Shown one piece after another: positions 27,827-41,295 of a stretch of DNA of 64,000 bases; positions within the stretch are counted from its first letter, which is position 1; each line of letters begins with the position of its first letter. Below the pieces are notes generated by a model that saw nothing but the letters and a program-made list of their open reading frames with translations, was not told the origin of the DNA and made no database searches. The DNA is from the human T2T-CHM13v2.0 reference genome, Homo sapiens: NCBI RefSeq assembly GCF_009914755.1, contig NC_060933.1; one strand, given 5' to 3'. A program made the translations under genes and the position numbers.

Positions 27827-29633
27827 TGTTACGGGATCCTTGGGGTATCACTTCATCAGCCAAAAGCCTCTATGGCCAGTGGCGCCTTTGCCCGAGTTTT
27901 GCTCTGGATCTCTGGTCTTGTTCCACCCACTCAGCCTGGCAGGCTGTGCTCAGTTCCCACTATGAGCCTGGATCGCATGTCTGCCAAGGGTGAGCCAGGC
28001 ACAGAGCAGCAAGGGGTGTGTGAGCAAGCATGGGGTCCAGCCACTGCACACAGCCAGGCATGCCGGCTGAGGGGGGATAGGCGATGGACAGGCAGCTTCA
28101 GGCACTGGCACGGGTGCCAGCTCCATGCAAGGCTGCAGCTAGACCAGGCATACCATAAGCAGCTTCCACGGCTGACACCAGGAAATGTGGTGGTGCCCAG
28201 AACCTTGGAGATGCCAGGAACCCACAGAGCCCTAAAGAGGGTGTCACAGCCCTGGCTCAGAGTTCCTAGGTCTGGGCTCCATGAAGAGCCACAGCTCTTC
28301 TCTTCTCTCTTCTCATTGCTTGCAATGTGACAAACAAGGGTCATGTTTCAGCACTGTTTGTGTTATAGCTATTTTAGCTCCGCCATTCAGCAGGTCTCCA
28401 GGTCTTGTCCTGCGACCAGGAAGAATGATATATGCAGACAAGTGGAAGGTGAACAAGATGAAGAGGAGCTTTACTGAGAGATAAGACAGCTCAGAGGAGA
28501 CCCGCAGTGGGTAACTCCTCTCCATAGCCAGGGTGTCCTGTTGAGTACTGAGCTCTCAGCAGAGAGGGCAGCTCCTCTCTGCAGGCAGGTCATCTTGTTG
28601 TCTCTTCAGCTCTCAGCAGAGAGGGTAGCTCCTCCCTGAAGACTGGTGGCCCACCCCCCAGGCTTCATCCCCACCCCAGCTTGCAGGTGGGGCTTCATTG
28701 GGAACCTGCTCCCTTCCACCCAAGAGCCTGTTTGCCTCCTGGCATTGTTCATGGCACCCACGTTATCCATGCCAAGGGGTACCTGCAGGCCAGTGCCAAG
28801 CTGTCCTCAGCCCCACTTCAGCCTCCTCCCCATGCTTGTCAGCCTCCACAGTCCAAAGGGGGCCAAGGGGCTGGCATGTCAGCACTACTCCAAGCATGCA
28901 CACATGCAGCTGGGATGCGAAAGTGCTGAGAGAGAGACAGTGCCCCAGGTTGTGAACTGTGACGGGAGCAGATGCTAACAGTGAGGAGAACACAGACAGT
29001 GGGAGCAGGCACTTCCTAGCCTGCAGGGACAGGGGTGCATTCCTGGGCCCCCAAGAGTACAGAGATTCCTGGGTCCACAGCTGCAGCTTGGGTGGCTGCA
29101 GCTGCACTTGGGAGGGCAGGGCTCCTGCCTACTCTTGGCTCCCAAGAGCACAGGAGTGCCCTGGTAGCAGCCACAGCTTGGGTGGCTGCAGCTGCACCTG
29201 GGAAGCTCCCACTCTACCAACTTTCTGGCTCCATAAAGCATGCAGCCCTGGCCATACCACTGGTCTGCATTTTCCCCTTAGTGGCAGCAGGCAAGGTGCG
29301 GGTGGCTGGTGGCCTCAGCCAACCCCGTGCAAACAAACCCAATGCTCCTGGGGCCACCCCAAGAGTCCTGGCTGCACTATCAGCTCACAGACTCCTGAGA
29401 CGCAGCAGACAGCGAGGTTGAAGTCACGGCAGAGGTTCCGGGCCTGCAGTGGGTCCTGCCCAGTTGTGCAAGGGTTGGGGTGGTGCAGTCAGCTGCCTCA
29501 GGGATGTAGGGCACAGGGGACCCACCATGACCACTGCTGCTCCCACAGCCACTCCTGCCACCACCACTTGTGCCTCCACACTGCAGCTGGCGTGATAACA
29601 GTGGCTGCTCCAGATGGCACACTGCTGCCATTA
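27827..29633 (-). mobile_element. MER52A-like ERV1 solo LTR (~1.8 kb)
   Basis: tgttacgggatccttgggg start; 4-bp TSD gtat at 27823-27826 and 29634-29637; GC-rich gctgcagc internal repeats. Confidence 0.88.
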
Positions 29634-30182
29634 GTATCGTTTTCCTTATGCCTGAAGGACATCCCTTAACTTTTCTTATAGTGCAGTTCTGCAGGTAGTA
29701 AAGTCATTCAGCTTTTTCGAGTCTGAAAACTTCTTTATTTCTTCATCTATTATTCTCTTTTTGATGACCGTTAGTTAAACCAATCCATTGAACTTTCCAT
29801 TTCAATTATGATACTTTTCATTTCGTTTCCACTTGGTACTTTCCCCAATGTATTTGGTTATTTTCATGCTCAAGTTATTTCAACTCCTTTGTTTCTTTAA
29901 GTATAAAACACACTTTGTACTGTCTTTGCTAACTTGACTGTCTTAAGTTTTTGCAGGCCTGCTCCTTCTGTCCATTGTTTCTGGTGGCTCTTGCCAATTT
30001 TACATTTGTGATTTTTTATTGTGAACTTATATTCCTTGAAAGTATCTCAGAGTTCCTCCACAGACAATCCATTTTGCATCTGTCAGTCACCTAGAAGGCA
30101 CCAAAAAGCTGATATTGCGGTAAATTTGAAGCTTGAGACATTTTAGACCACCCAGGTTGTGTGAACAAACCAGTTAAAGGGC

Positions 30183-30185
30183 TAT

Positions 30186-30256
<71 letters not shown>
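30183..30256. repeat. Compound (TACA)n/(TA)n/(CA)n microsatellite
   Basis: Direct reading. Confidence 0.97.
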
Positions 30257-30881
30257 AAACTCTCAGGGGAGATGTTTTCTCTCAGGATACCCAATGTTCC
30301 TCACTGTTCCTAGGGAAGCAGGGGTCAAGGGCAGCATACAGGGGGAGGCGGACAGGTTTATTCATAGTTCACCCTTACACTAAGTCTGTCCTTTTGGATC
30401 TCACTTTATGATGTCTCCTTTTAGCCCCTCCCACTTGGCCAGGCCCTCAGCTTTGTCTGCTGTTCTGCTGCCCCTTTTCCACCTCAGGCTGTGAAAAACA
30501 GCAAAGTTTAGTTTGACAGGCAAATATCTTAAGGGTGAAAAGTGGCATCAGTGCCTTAGTTACTTCTTTGGGTTTCACTTCCATTTTAAAACTTTTTTAG
30601 CTTTTTGGAACTCTTATTTTGTAGCTCATTGACACATTTTTAAGAGGTTCTTGATATGTATTCCAGAAGCTTTAGCTGTTTTCAGCTGGTCCTTATCAGC
30701 CCTACTGTTGGAAATAAAATTCTTTCAACTTGTTCTTTAGCAATGTACAGGCTCCATAGAGCTCTCGCTGCTCCTGAGGCAATAGGGTAAGAACGCCACT
30801 TAGGAATCAGGCTGGCCTGAGATCAAGTCTCAGATCCACCAGCAGTGTGACATCAGTGCCTCGCTTTCTTTATAGGGTTGG

Positions 30882-31251
30882 TGATATGGTTTGGCTCTGA
30901 GTCCCCAGCCAAATGTCATGTCGAATTGTAATTTCCAGTGTTGGAGGAGGACCCTGGTGGGAAGTTATTGAATCATAGGGGTGGACCTCCCCCTTGCTGT
31001 TCTTGTGATAGGGCTCTCATGAGATCTGGTTGTTTAATACTGTATAGTAACTTCCCCTGCGCTCCTGCTGTCCATATGAAGATATGCTTCCTTCCCTTTC
31101 ACCTTCCGCCATGACTGTAAGTTTCCCTAGGCCTCCTCAGCCATGCTTCCTGTACAGCTTGTGGAACCATGAGCCAATTAAACCTTTTTTTCTTTATAAA
31201 TTACCCAGTCTCAAGTAGTTCTTTATAGCAATGTGAGAACAAACTAATACA
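30882..31251 (+). mobile_element. MSTA-like 5' LTR
   Basis: tgatatggtttggctctg...aactaataca. Confidence 0.92.
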
Positions 31252-32867
31252 GAAAATTGGTACCAGAGAAGTAGGGCATTGCTACAAAGATACCTGAAAC
31301 TGTGGAAGCGAGTTTGGACTTAGGTAATAGGCAGAGGTTGGAACAGTTTGGAAGGCTTATAAGAATACACGAAGATGATGGCTGGGCATGGTAGCTCATG
31401 CCTGCAATCCCAGCACTTTGGAAGGGTGAAGCAGGTGGATCATTTGAGGTCAGGAGTTCAAAGCCAGCCAGGCCAACATGGTGAAACTCTGTCTCTACTA
31501 AAAATACAAAAAAAAGTTAGGCGGGCATCATGGCACATGCCTGTAATCCCAGCTACTCAGGAAGCTGAGGTAGGAGGATCATTTGAACCCAGGAGGCAGA
31601 GGTTGCAGTGAGCCAAGATTGTGCCACTGCATTCCAGCCTGGATAACAGAGTGAGACTTCATCTGAAAAAAACAAAAATGAAAACAAAACAAAAAAACAG
31701 AAGACAGGAAGAAAAGTTTGGAACTTCCTAGAGACTTGCTGAATGGTTGTGACCGAAATGCTCATATAGTGATATGGACAGTGAAATCCAGGCTGAGGTG
31801 GTCCCAGATGGAGGTGAGGAACTTATTGGGAACTGGAGTTTGCAGTCACTCTTGCTATGTTTTAGCAAGGAGATTGGTGGCATTGTGCTCCTACTCTAGG
31901 GATCTGTGGAACTTCGAACTTGAGATGATTTAGGGCATCTGGCAGAAGAAATTTCTAAATTTCTAAACAGCAAAGCATTCAAGATGTAACTTGGCTGCTT
32001 CTAACAGCACATGCTCATATGCATTCACAAAGAGATGATCTGAAATTGGAACTTATATTTAAAAGGGAAGCAGAGCATAAAAGATTGGAAAATTTGCAGC
32101 CTGACCATGTGGTAGAAAAGAAAAACCAAATTTCTGGTAAGACATTCAACTCAGCTGCAGGAATTTGCATAAGTAAAGAGGAGCAGAATGTGAATAGCCA
32201 AGACAATGGGGAAAATGCCTCCAGGACATTTCAGAGATCTTCACAGTAGCCCTTCCCATCACAGGCCTGAAAGATTAGGAGGGAAAAATGGTTTTGTGGC
32301 CTAGGCCCAGGACCCCACTGTTGTGTACAGCCTCGGGACATGTCACCCGGAATCCCAGCTGCTCCAGCTCCAGCTGTGGCTAAAAGGGCCCCAGATACAT
32401 CTCAGGCCACTGCATCAGAGGGTGCAGCCATAAGAAGCCTTTGTGGCTTCCATGTGGTTTTAAGCTTACAGGTGCAAGGAAGGCAAGAGTTGAGGCTTGG
32501 GAGTTTCCACCTAGATTGTAAAGGTTGTATGATAATGCCTGGATGTCCAGGAGGAAGTCTGCTATAGGGTCAGAGCCCTCATGGAGAGCCTTTACTAAAG
32601 CAGTCTGGAGGTGAAATGTGGGTTTGGAGGCCCCACTCAATGTCCCCACTGGGGCACTGCCTAGTGGAGCTGTGAGAAGAGGGCCACTGTCCTGCAGGCC
32701 AGAGAATGGTAGATCCACTGAAAGCTTTCACTGTGTGCCTGGAAAAGCCACAGGCACTCAATGCCAGCCCATGGAAGCAGTCACTGGGGCAGTACCCTGC
32801 AGAGCCATGGGGCAGAGCTGCCCAAGGCCTTGGGACCCCACCCCTTGCATCAGTGTGGCCTGGATGC
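31252..32867 (+). mobile_element. MSTA-int, 3'-truncated, with inserted Alu
   Basis: Starts gaaaattggtaccagag; homologous to 1-1517; no 3' LTR. Confidence 0.9.
31380..31700 (+). mobile_element. AluS/J
   Basis: Full dimer with (AAAAC)n tail. Confidence 0.93.
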
Positions 32868-32869
32868 AC

Positions 32870-33645
32870 ACCATGAGCAGTAATGGGAAAATTCTTATTG
32901 AAAAAGGCAAGAACAAATCAACCCAGTGAGATGAATTACATGTTGCACTCCTTCCTGGGATGGAAGAATTGAACAATGATAGGATCTTCTACATTTCGGT
33001 TTTTACTTTACTGACTCATGGGCAGTGGCCAATGGCCTGGCCATGTAACCAGGAAGAGGGGCAATGGCAAACTGGGCTGTGAAAGGATCCCCACATGGAG
33101 CACAGCACTGCAGGAATTTAAAGGGCACATTAAAGTAGGTCATGTCAATGCCCACCTGAAGAACCCCTCCCAGGATCAGTGATCAGATCTGGTAGGTGGA
33201 TATCCTGGTGACCTTGAGGTGGCCACCTGGGCTTAATGAAGGAGTGGACACAGGGGAGCTGCAGCCGTGCAGGGATGGGCTGCTCAGCAACAAGTCCCTC
33301 CTCCACCCTCAGAGGCACCAAATGCCAACAAGAACTGTCCTATCTGACAGCAGGAAGACAGAGACCGCAGGTGGCTATGGGGCAGGTTCCCAGTGGGAAG
33401 GCACCACTCATAGCTAACAAGTAGATTATACCAGACTGAAGCCAGTATCCCTGGGAGGCTATAATGGGTCCTGACACATTCTCTGGACTGGGCTTTGCAT
33501 AGTCACTAGATTCAAATGCCAAAAATACCATAAAAGAACTGGAACAGATGATAAGACATCAACTTGGACCACCAAGTTTTATTTCTTCAGGCCAAAGAAC
33601 ACATTTATGGCCCACAGTGTCCTATAATGGACATACCATGTTGCA
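32870..33645 (+). mobile_element. Degenerate ERVL-class pol (RNase H to integrase) relic
   Basis: Conceptual peptides FTDSWAVANGLA, KVGHVNAH, SGHRG, CPI*QQ, QVDY. Confidence 0.75.
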
Positions 33646-33648
33646 TAT

Positions 33649-34798
33649 TGTCTTCATCTCCTAGGGCTGCCATAACAAAGTGCCACAAACCATGTGGCTG
33701 ACTTACAGAACAAAATGCACTGTCTCACAGTTCTGGAGACTAGAAGTCTGAGATCAAGTTCTTGGCAGGGCTGGTTCCTTCTGAGGGCTGTGAGAAAGAA
33801 TCTAATCCACACTTCTCTCCTAGCTTCTGGTGGTTTGCTGGCAATCTTTGGCATTCCTGGGCTTGTAGAATTCTGCCTTCATCTTCATATGGCATATCCC
33901 CTGTGTTATCTCTGTGCACAAATTTCCCTTTTTTATAAAGACACAAATCATACTGGATTAGGGGGCCCACCCTATTACAGCATGACCTCATCTTAACTAA
34001 TTACATTAACAACAATCTCATTTCCAAATAAGGTCATGTTCTTAGGTACTGGGGGTTCTGAGTTCAGCATACGAATTTTTTATTTAGGGTAACATATATC
34101 CCTTTTTTCAGTTTTTATTGTGTTAAAACACACATAAAATTTACCATCTTAACCATTTTAAGTGTACAATTCAGTGGTATTAAATACATTGATAATGTTG
34201 TACAATTATGCCCACAACCCATCTGCAAAACTCTCTTCATCTTGTAAAACTGAAATGATATTTATTAAAACCTAACCCCTACCCCCTCCTCCCAGCCCCT
34301 GGCAACCACCATTCTAACTTATGTCTATGAAGTTGATATTCTAGGCCCCTCATTTAAATGGAATCATGCAGTATTTGTTTTTGTGACTGGCTTATTTCAC
34401 CTAGCATAATGTACTCAAGGTGCATCCATGTTATAGCATATGTCAGAATTTTCTTCCTTTTGGAAGCTGAATAATATTCCACTGTATGTATGTATATGTC
34501 AGATTTTGTTTTTCCATTCATCCCTCAATGAATGCTTAGATTATTTCCACTTTTGGCTATTGTGTCTAATGCTGCTATGAACACGGGTGTACAGATATTT
34601 CTTTGAGACCCTGCTTTCAATTATTTTTGTATTCCACCCAGAAGTGGAAATGCTGGATCATAGGGTAATTCTGTTTCTAATTTCTTGAGGAATCACCATA
34701 CTGTTTTCCATACCAGATGTATGGTTTTATATTCCCACCAACAGGAATATAAGCATTCCAAACATGAATTTTGTGGGAACATATTTCAAACCATAGCA
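33649..34798 (-). mobile_element. MLT1B/C LTR split by an L1
   Basis: ctagggctgccataacaaag..ctcacagttctggag; resumes at atgaattttgtgggaacatatttcaaaccatagca. Confidence 0.85.
34082..34760 (-). mobile_element. L1MB 3' end
   Basis: aaatttaccatcttaaccattttaagtgtacaattcagtggtatt. Confidence 0.87.
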
Positions 34799-34872
34799 GT
34801 CACCAAAAGCTCAAGCAACAAAACAAAAAATAGATCAGTTCGATTTCATTAAAAAGTTCTGTGTTTCAAAGT

Positions 34873-35248
34873 CGACATGGTTTGGCTGTGTCCCCACCTA
34901 AATCTCATCTTGAGTTGTAACTCCCAGAATTCTCATGTGTTGTCGGAGAAACCCAGTGGAAGGTGACTGAATAATGGGGGCAGGCCTTTCTTGTGCTATT
35001 CTCATGATAGTGAATGAGTCTCAGGAGATCTGATGGTTTTAAAAATGAGAGTTTCCCTGCACAAGCTCTCTCTTTGCCTGCTGCCATCCATGTAAGACGT
35101 GACTTGCTCCTCCTTGCCTTTCATCTTTCACCATGATTGTGTGGTCTCCCCAGCCACATGGAACTGTGAGTCCAATAAAACTCCTTCTTTTGTAAATTGT
35201 CCAGTCTCAGGTATGTGTTTATCAGCAGCATGAAAACAGACTAATACA
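34873..35248 (+). mobile_element. THE1B solo LTR
   Basis: atggtttggctgtgtccccacc...cagcagcatgaaaacagactaataca. Confidence 0.92.
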
Positions 35249-35779
35249 ATGGTTACATAAGAAAATAAGGACAACCACAGAATGGGACAAAAACTTATAA
35301 GTCCTATATCTGATAAGGAACACATGTTCCAGATGATATAACCACTCTTACAACTCAATAAAAAGAAAACTCAATTTAAAAATGGGCAAAAGATGAATAG
35401 ACATTTCTTCAAAAAGATGAAAAATGGCCAATAAGCATGTGAGAAGGTGCTCAATAACATTCATTATTAGGGAAATGCAAATCAAAACACAATGATACAC
35501 CACTTCACCCCAACAAGATAACTAAATTCAAAAGACAAACAATAAGAAGTCTCAGCAAAAACAGGAAACTGGATAAGAACCTTCATTCAATGCTGAGGGA
35601 ATGTAAAATCTTGTCTGTTTTGGAAAACATTTTGGTAGTTTCTCAAAAATTAAAACAGAGTTATCATATGATCCAGTAATTACACTCCAAGATATATACT
35701 TAAAAGAAATGAAACCACACAAAAACGTATACCTGAATGTTCACAGCAGCATTATTCATCATAGCCAAAGTGGAAACAA

Positions 35780-36258
35780 GACCACTCAAGCCAGCCCTGC
35801 CTCGGAACCTGACAAAGTTAAATGGAAGCCTACAGAGCTGAGCTGCATTTCCATGGGAGACATTTTGGTCATTCCAGGTGATGATGAACTACACCAATTG
35901 TTAGTGGCTGAGAAGAACCTCAGGAATGTGCCAGCATCTTTTGACTTTTATTTCAGGGGGCTGCATCTACTACCACAACATGCAATATGGGTAACACTGG
36001 CATGGCTGGTTAGATTTGAGTACCTCATGTAAATAAGTCATGTGGTAATAGTGATATTGATGATCAAATGTATTGGGAGATTGAGTTAAAGTCTCCTCAG
36101 GATGTAATACCAACGGAAAATGAATCTTTAGAAGAACTATATTTAGTTAACCATCACCTAATTTCCAGATAAATAGTTCTGCACAGGTCATATAAGATAC
36201 AAAGAGCAGTATACCAAGGGGGAGGATGATCTTGGGGACTCCTGAAATATACTGTAAA
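35780..36258 (+). pseudogene. Unidentified coding-like insert (possible retrocopy fragment)
   Basis: Non-repeat sequence splitting L1 gtggaaacaa|cccagat; protein-like frames ELSCISMGDILVIPGDDELHQLLVAEKNL and SDIDDQMYWEIELKSPQDVIPTENESLEELYLVNHH, broken by frameshift/stops. Confidence 0.45.
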
Positions 36259-36940
36259 TAACCCAGATATCCTCCAGTAAATAAATGGATATACAAAGTG
36301 TGGTATACATACATATGTACATACAGTGGAACATTATTCAGCCGTAAACAGGAATGAAGTACTGATACAGCCTACACAATGAATGAACCTCAATAAACCG
36401 TAGAATCCTGCTAAGTGAAAGAAGCCAGTCAGAAAAGACCAGATATTGGATGACACATTTATATAAAATGTCCAGAATAGGCAAATCTAGAGACAGAAAG
36501 CAGATTCATGGTTGTCAGGGGTTGAGGGAAGGAGGAAATGAGAAGTGATTAAGTGAATTAATGCATGTTAACACCTTAAACTTTGGGCAACTGCCCAATC
36601 ACACAGACAGTGCAGTCTCATTCATGCGTTACATGACAAAACAAAGAGAAAAGCCTGGGTAGAAATACCAACATGTATATTATGAAAAATATAACACCTA
36701 AATAAACAGAGAAACTATGTTCCTTAGTGAGCAAATTCAATATTATAAGGTTGCCAATTCTCCTCCCATAGTTTCTCAAAAGTTGCAATGTAATGCAATT
36801 TTAATCCAAATGGCATGGTTATCTAGACAAGAAAAAAATTGATTGTAAAATTTATATGAAATAATAAAGGTGTGAGAACTGCAAGGAAAATTTTCAAATG
36901 GAAAATTATTACAGGAGAAAGGAGTGTGGAGACCTTGCTC

Positions 36941-37731
<791 letters not shown>

Positions 37732-38194
37732 ACTCCACCAGGTATTAAAGATTATTACAAAGATTATGTAATTAAAACAATACAGAACAGACCAGGGTTG
37801 ACTACAAGATCAATGGGACAGAATAAAGTTACATATCCAATGCCTGCTGCTGACCACAGGGATTTGTCACAGATCTCATCAGTTAGAAACCCTACAGTGG
37901 TTTCCCTGGTCACCTTCCAGTCACCACTACACCTTGGCTCCTTTTAGCACGCCTCCCTAGGTTATCACTATATGAAATTGCTTTATCTCTTTGTATTGTC
38001 TGTCACCTGCCACCATAATGTGAATTTCTAGACCTCCATAGCATGCAAAGCTCTAGAACAGTTCTTAGAACACAGAAGGTGCTTGACAAATATTTTCTGA
38101 AAGAAAAAGAAGATACTTCAATACCTCAGTTTACTAATGAGGTGGGGCTACCATATGGCTGCCTGAACAAATACAGCTTGACATTCACTTTCTT

Positions 38195-38390
38195 GCTAGT
38201 GATTGAAGTGTATTAACTTGTGTACTCACACAACTACCCTACGGGGTAGGTGTCCTTATTTCTCCATTTGGCAGAGAGGGGCTAAGTATCTTAACCAAGG
38301 TCACACGGCTTTCAAGTGCCAGAGCCAGGACTCAGATCTACATAGGTCTGGCTCCAGAGCCCCCAGTCTAACCTCTTAACCTCTCTGCTT
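38195..38390 (-). mobile_element. MIR
   Basis: tcacacaactaccct..ggtagg..ccaaggtcacac..gagccaggactc..tctggctccagagcc. Confidence 0.75.
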
Positions 38391-39359
38391 TACTGGGCTA
38401 AACCTTCACCACCTATCATATGGAAAAAGAAATTCAATAGAAAGTTATATGGAAAAAATACAACCCTGTGTTAATATTAGAAAATCCATAGTAACATGTA
38501 CAATGAGGAAGCTTCCTCAAGCCCAACTATACAGGTCAGATCGGTTGAAAAAATAAAACTAACACATTTTTACATGTCAAAATATGCAATATTTGAAAAT
38601 CCAAGGCTAGTATCTTTAAATAGGCAAAGATTTATTAATACTCCTTGACACACAAACAGGAAGTGAGAAAATGGGCAAGTGACACAAATCGATAATTAAC
38701 TGTGAGGACATAGGTGGTGGAGTCTCTCCTAATCCTCTATTCTTGGAGATCTGGATGCCTGCCATTCGCGTATGGGAAGAACAGAGACGGTCATGGAAAA
38801 CAGCATTTAATCTAGAAAGGACCACAATGAGGTCAAAGGGCGGTCTCAGGGCAGTCTTAAGAGCTCCCCATCCCCAAAGAACTGGCAAGGACTCTCCAGG
38901 TGCTCGTATGCGACTGCTGCCCAACTCCCATCACGAACTCAGAAGACCTGTCATTTTCTGAAATTTTCATGACTTCTAAGACACTAGTTACTGGGGGAAA
39001 ACTTCAAATTATTTAAATTATGAGAGGCGAATAACATTGCTAAACTCATGAATACTCTGTATTTAAAACCTCTACTGGCGATCAGGGCACATAGAATCTC
39101 TACTACTGATCCCTGACGCTGGCCATCCCCCAACCCGTCGGCCCACGGACCCCAGCCCTGACCCCACCTCCTCCCAGCATCTTACACAAGGATTCTCACC
39201 ACACTCCCCAGAGACTCGCCTGCCCAGGGCCCCTCTCTAACCCCATATAGCTCAGGTCTCTGACCCCGAGACAGCATCACCGACCTCTCCCACTACCTAT
39301 TTCCAGATTAGAGTCCCTGATCCTAGAGGCATTGTCTAAAATAACTAGCTCTTACAACT

Positions 39360-40060
39360 ACGTCCACTTCAGGAACCGCCCTGTGATGTCAGAACTTTGA
39401 GGCCGCCCGGCCAGGGCTGCACATGCTCAGTGAGGCCGGCGCCCGCCAGTAACAAACATGGCTCCCTGAAGCCGCTCAGGCTCAAGAGCAACATGGAGGT
39501 CTGCACTTAATCGCTCCTCTCCGGGGGCGGCCATACTGAGGAGGCATCTCTTCCGTGCAGGCAGGCTGTCCTGGGGACCTCAGAGATTCTCTCCAGCGGC
39601 AGCGGAAAATGGGCAATGGGTGGATTCGGGTCCAGATTCTGGCAGGAGGGAGTTTGGGATCGAGATCTGGAAAAAAGCACTAGACTGGAAGAGGACGCGA
39701 TGGAGTCGGAGCCGCTGGCGGGGACAAAACCAGAGGCGGTGGAAGGCGCCGGTGGGAGGCAAGGCACGGATGGACTTTACCTGCGCACGCGTCGCAGCCA
39801 TCTCCGCGCACAGTGGTGGCCACCGCGACTGGTGCTGAAGTGTCGGCGCGTGCCGGGCGCTCCGCTGGGACCGGGGTTGCTGGCCCTGAGTCTGAGCTTT
39901 CTCATCTGTATGGTTGGGACAAGTACAGTAACCCTCGCCCGTCAAGACGGGCCAGGGCTGTCGCGAGGGTCCACGCCTTAGAGCAGGCACCTATCTTCTG
40001 CAGGGCCCTGAGATGGGGTCTGACTCAGTTCCTGCGGGGAACTTCACCAGTACCCAGTCA
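39360..40060 (+). promoter_or_regulatory. CpG-island promoter / first exon, probably of a duplicated lncRNA or pseudogene family
   Basis: Dense CpG; YY1-like aacatggc and gcggccat; NRF1-like tgcgcacgcg at 39782; GC boxes; recalled (unverified) similarity to multi-copy segmental-duplication 5' exons. Confidence 0.75.
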
Positions 40061-40069
40061 GTGCCCTTC

Positions 40070-40457
40070 AGTTAAAGACCACCAGGAGCACACTTGTAAT
40101 TACATTGCAGCAAGGAATGGGGTACTATGGGTCATCTCAGTGGGAGGAGTTAGAGAGAAACTATTATACGATTTGGGCTTTAATTGGTTGATTTCGGACA
40201 GGATCTCAGAAAGTGAAGACTTTAGATTGGATGCTGTCAGAAAGCAGGAGCAATATGATTATTAAGTATTTTGTGGGTGGCATCAAGACCTTGTTTTTTA
40301 TCTGCACTTAGACAACATTATAAAGTGCCCTTGTTTTTGTTTGCACTTATCACGGTCTCAGATTAACCTTCTGAAGTTGATATTCTGTGAGATTGTTTAT
40401 GTCCAACAGGAAAACAAAATGTCCTGGCCATGAGCATCAGACTAGCGTGTAATAACA
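40070..40457 (-). mobile_element. Old ERV1/MER4-group LTR fragment (subfamily uncertain)
   Basis: gatttgggct..gattggatgctgtcag..ttctgtgagattgtttatgt motifs. Confidence 0.6.
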
Positions 40458-40551
40458 TTAAGGCCTGTGACCCAAATATTGACAGAATTGAAGTTAGAAA
40501 TAGTTCTACAGTAATAGAGTCTTCAATACTCCATTTAAAATAATGCATAGA

Positions 40552-40646
40552 AGCTGGACATGGTGGCTCATGCCTTTAATCTCAGCTACCTGGGAGGCTG
40601 CGGCAGGTGGATTGCTTGAGGTCAGGCGTTCGAGACCAGCCTGGGC
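40552..40646 (+). mobile_element. Alu left-arm/FLAM fragment
   Basis: gtggctcatgcct..gattgcttgaggtcagg..gagaccagcctggg. Confidence 0.85.
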
Positions 40647-41174
40647 CTTTTGGCCTGTCTCGGCTTTTAACATACCTTCCTCACTCAGCTTAATCATTTC
40701 TCACTTTAGATTTATAATAAGAGATGTGTGACTCTTACTTTCACTTGAACACAGAGGCCTTTATAGAGTTATTAATTGGCCTAATTTCAATATTGCTGTG
40801 TCTCAGAAAACAGACCTGAGGAGAGGGGGAGATGGAGGAAGGGCAGATTGATGGAACCATTCGAATACACATAGGTATCAATTAAGCTCATTGTCTTTTG
40901 GACCATGGCTTGTGATGCCCCAAAACAATGACAATAGTAATATCAATGATCACTGATAACAGATCACCATAACAGATATAATAATAACAAAACATTTGAA
41001 ATACTACAAGAATTACAAAGATGTAACACAGAGGTGCAAAATAAGCACATGCTACCAGAAAAGTGGCACTGGTAGACTTGCTTGGTGCACGGTTGCTACA
41101 AACCTTCAACCTGTAAAAACTGCAATATCTGAGAAGCATAATAAAGTGAAGTGCAATAAAACAAGGTAAGCTTG
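40647..41174 (-). mobile_element. Tigger1 5' fragment
   Basis: Tigger1 left end; transposase N-terminus [17 protein letters not shown]. Confidence 0.9.
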
Positions 41175-41295
41175 TATATGTATGCATGCACACACCAATA
41201 CACATCCATCTATCCACACACAAATCTTTGTACTAACAAAGCCTGTATTTTCAATTCCAGCAATACATCATTTGTACCTTAAAAATATCTGTCAT

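Larger units (their letters stand above)
34800..36560 (+). mobile_element. L1MB/MC 3' region interrupted by a THE1 LTR and a unique insert
   Basis: aatgggcaaaaga..agggaaatgcaaatcaaaac..atgctaagtgaaagaagccag-like motifs. Confidence 0.85.

Noticed and set aside
28959-29669. Longest ORF in the window (236 aa) and overlapping ORFs
   Set aside because: Almost entirely inside a GC-rich MER52 LTR; starts at GTG; open frames on both strands; no domain-like content
35845-35915. Resemblance of MGDILVIPGDDELHQLL to PCMTD1 VGGILVMPIEDQLTQIM
   Set aside because: Short, low identity, and flanking residues do not match
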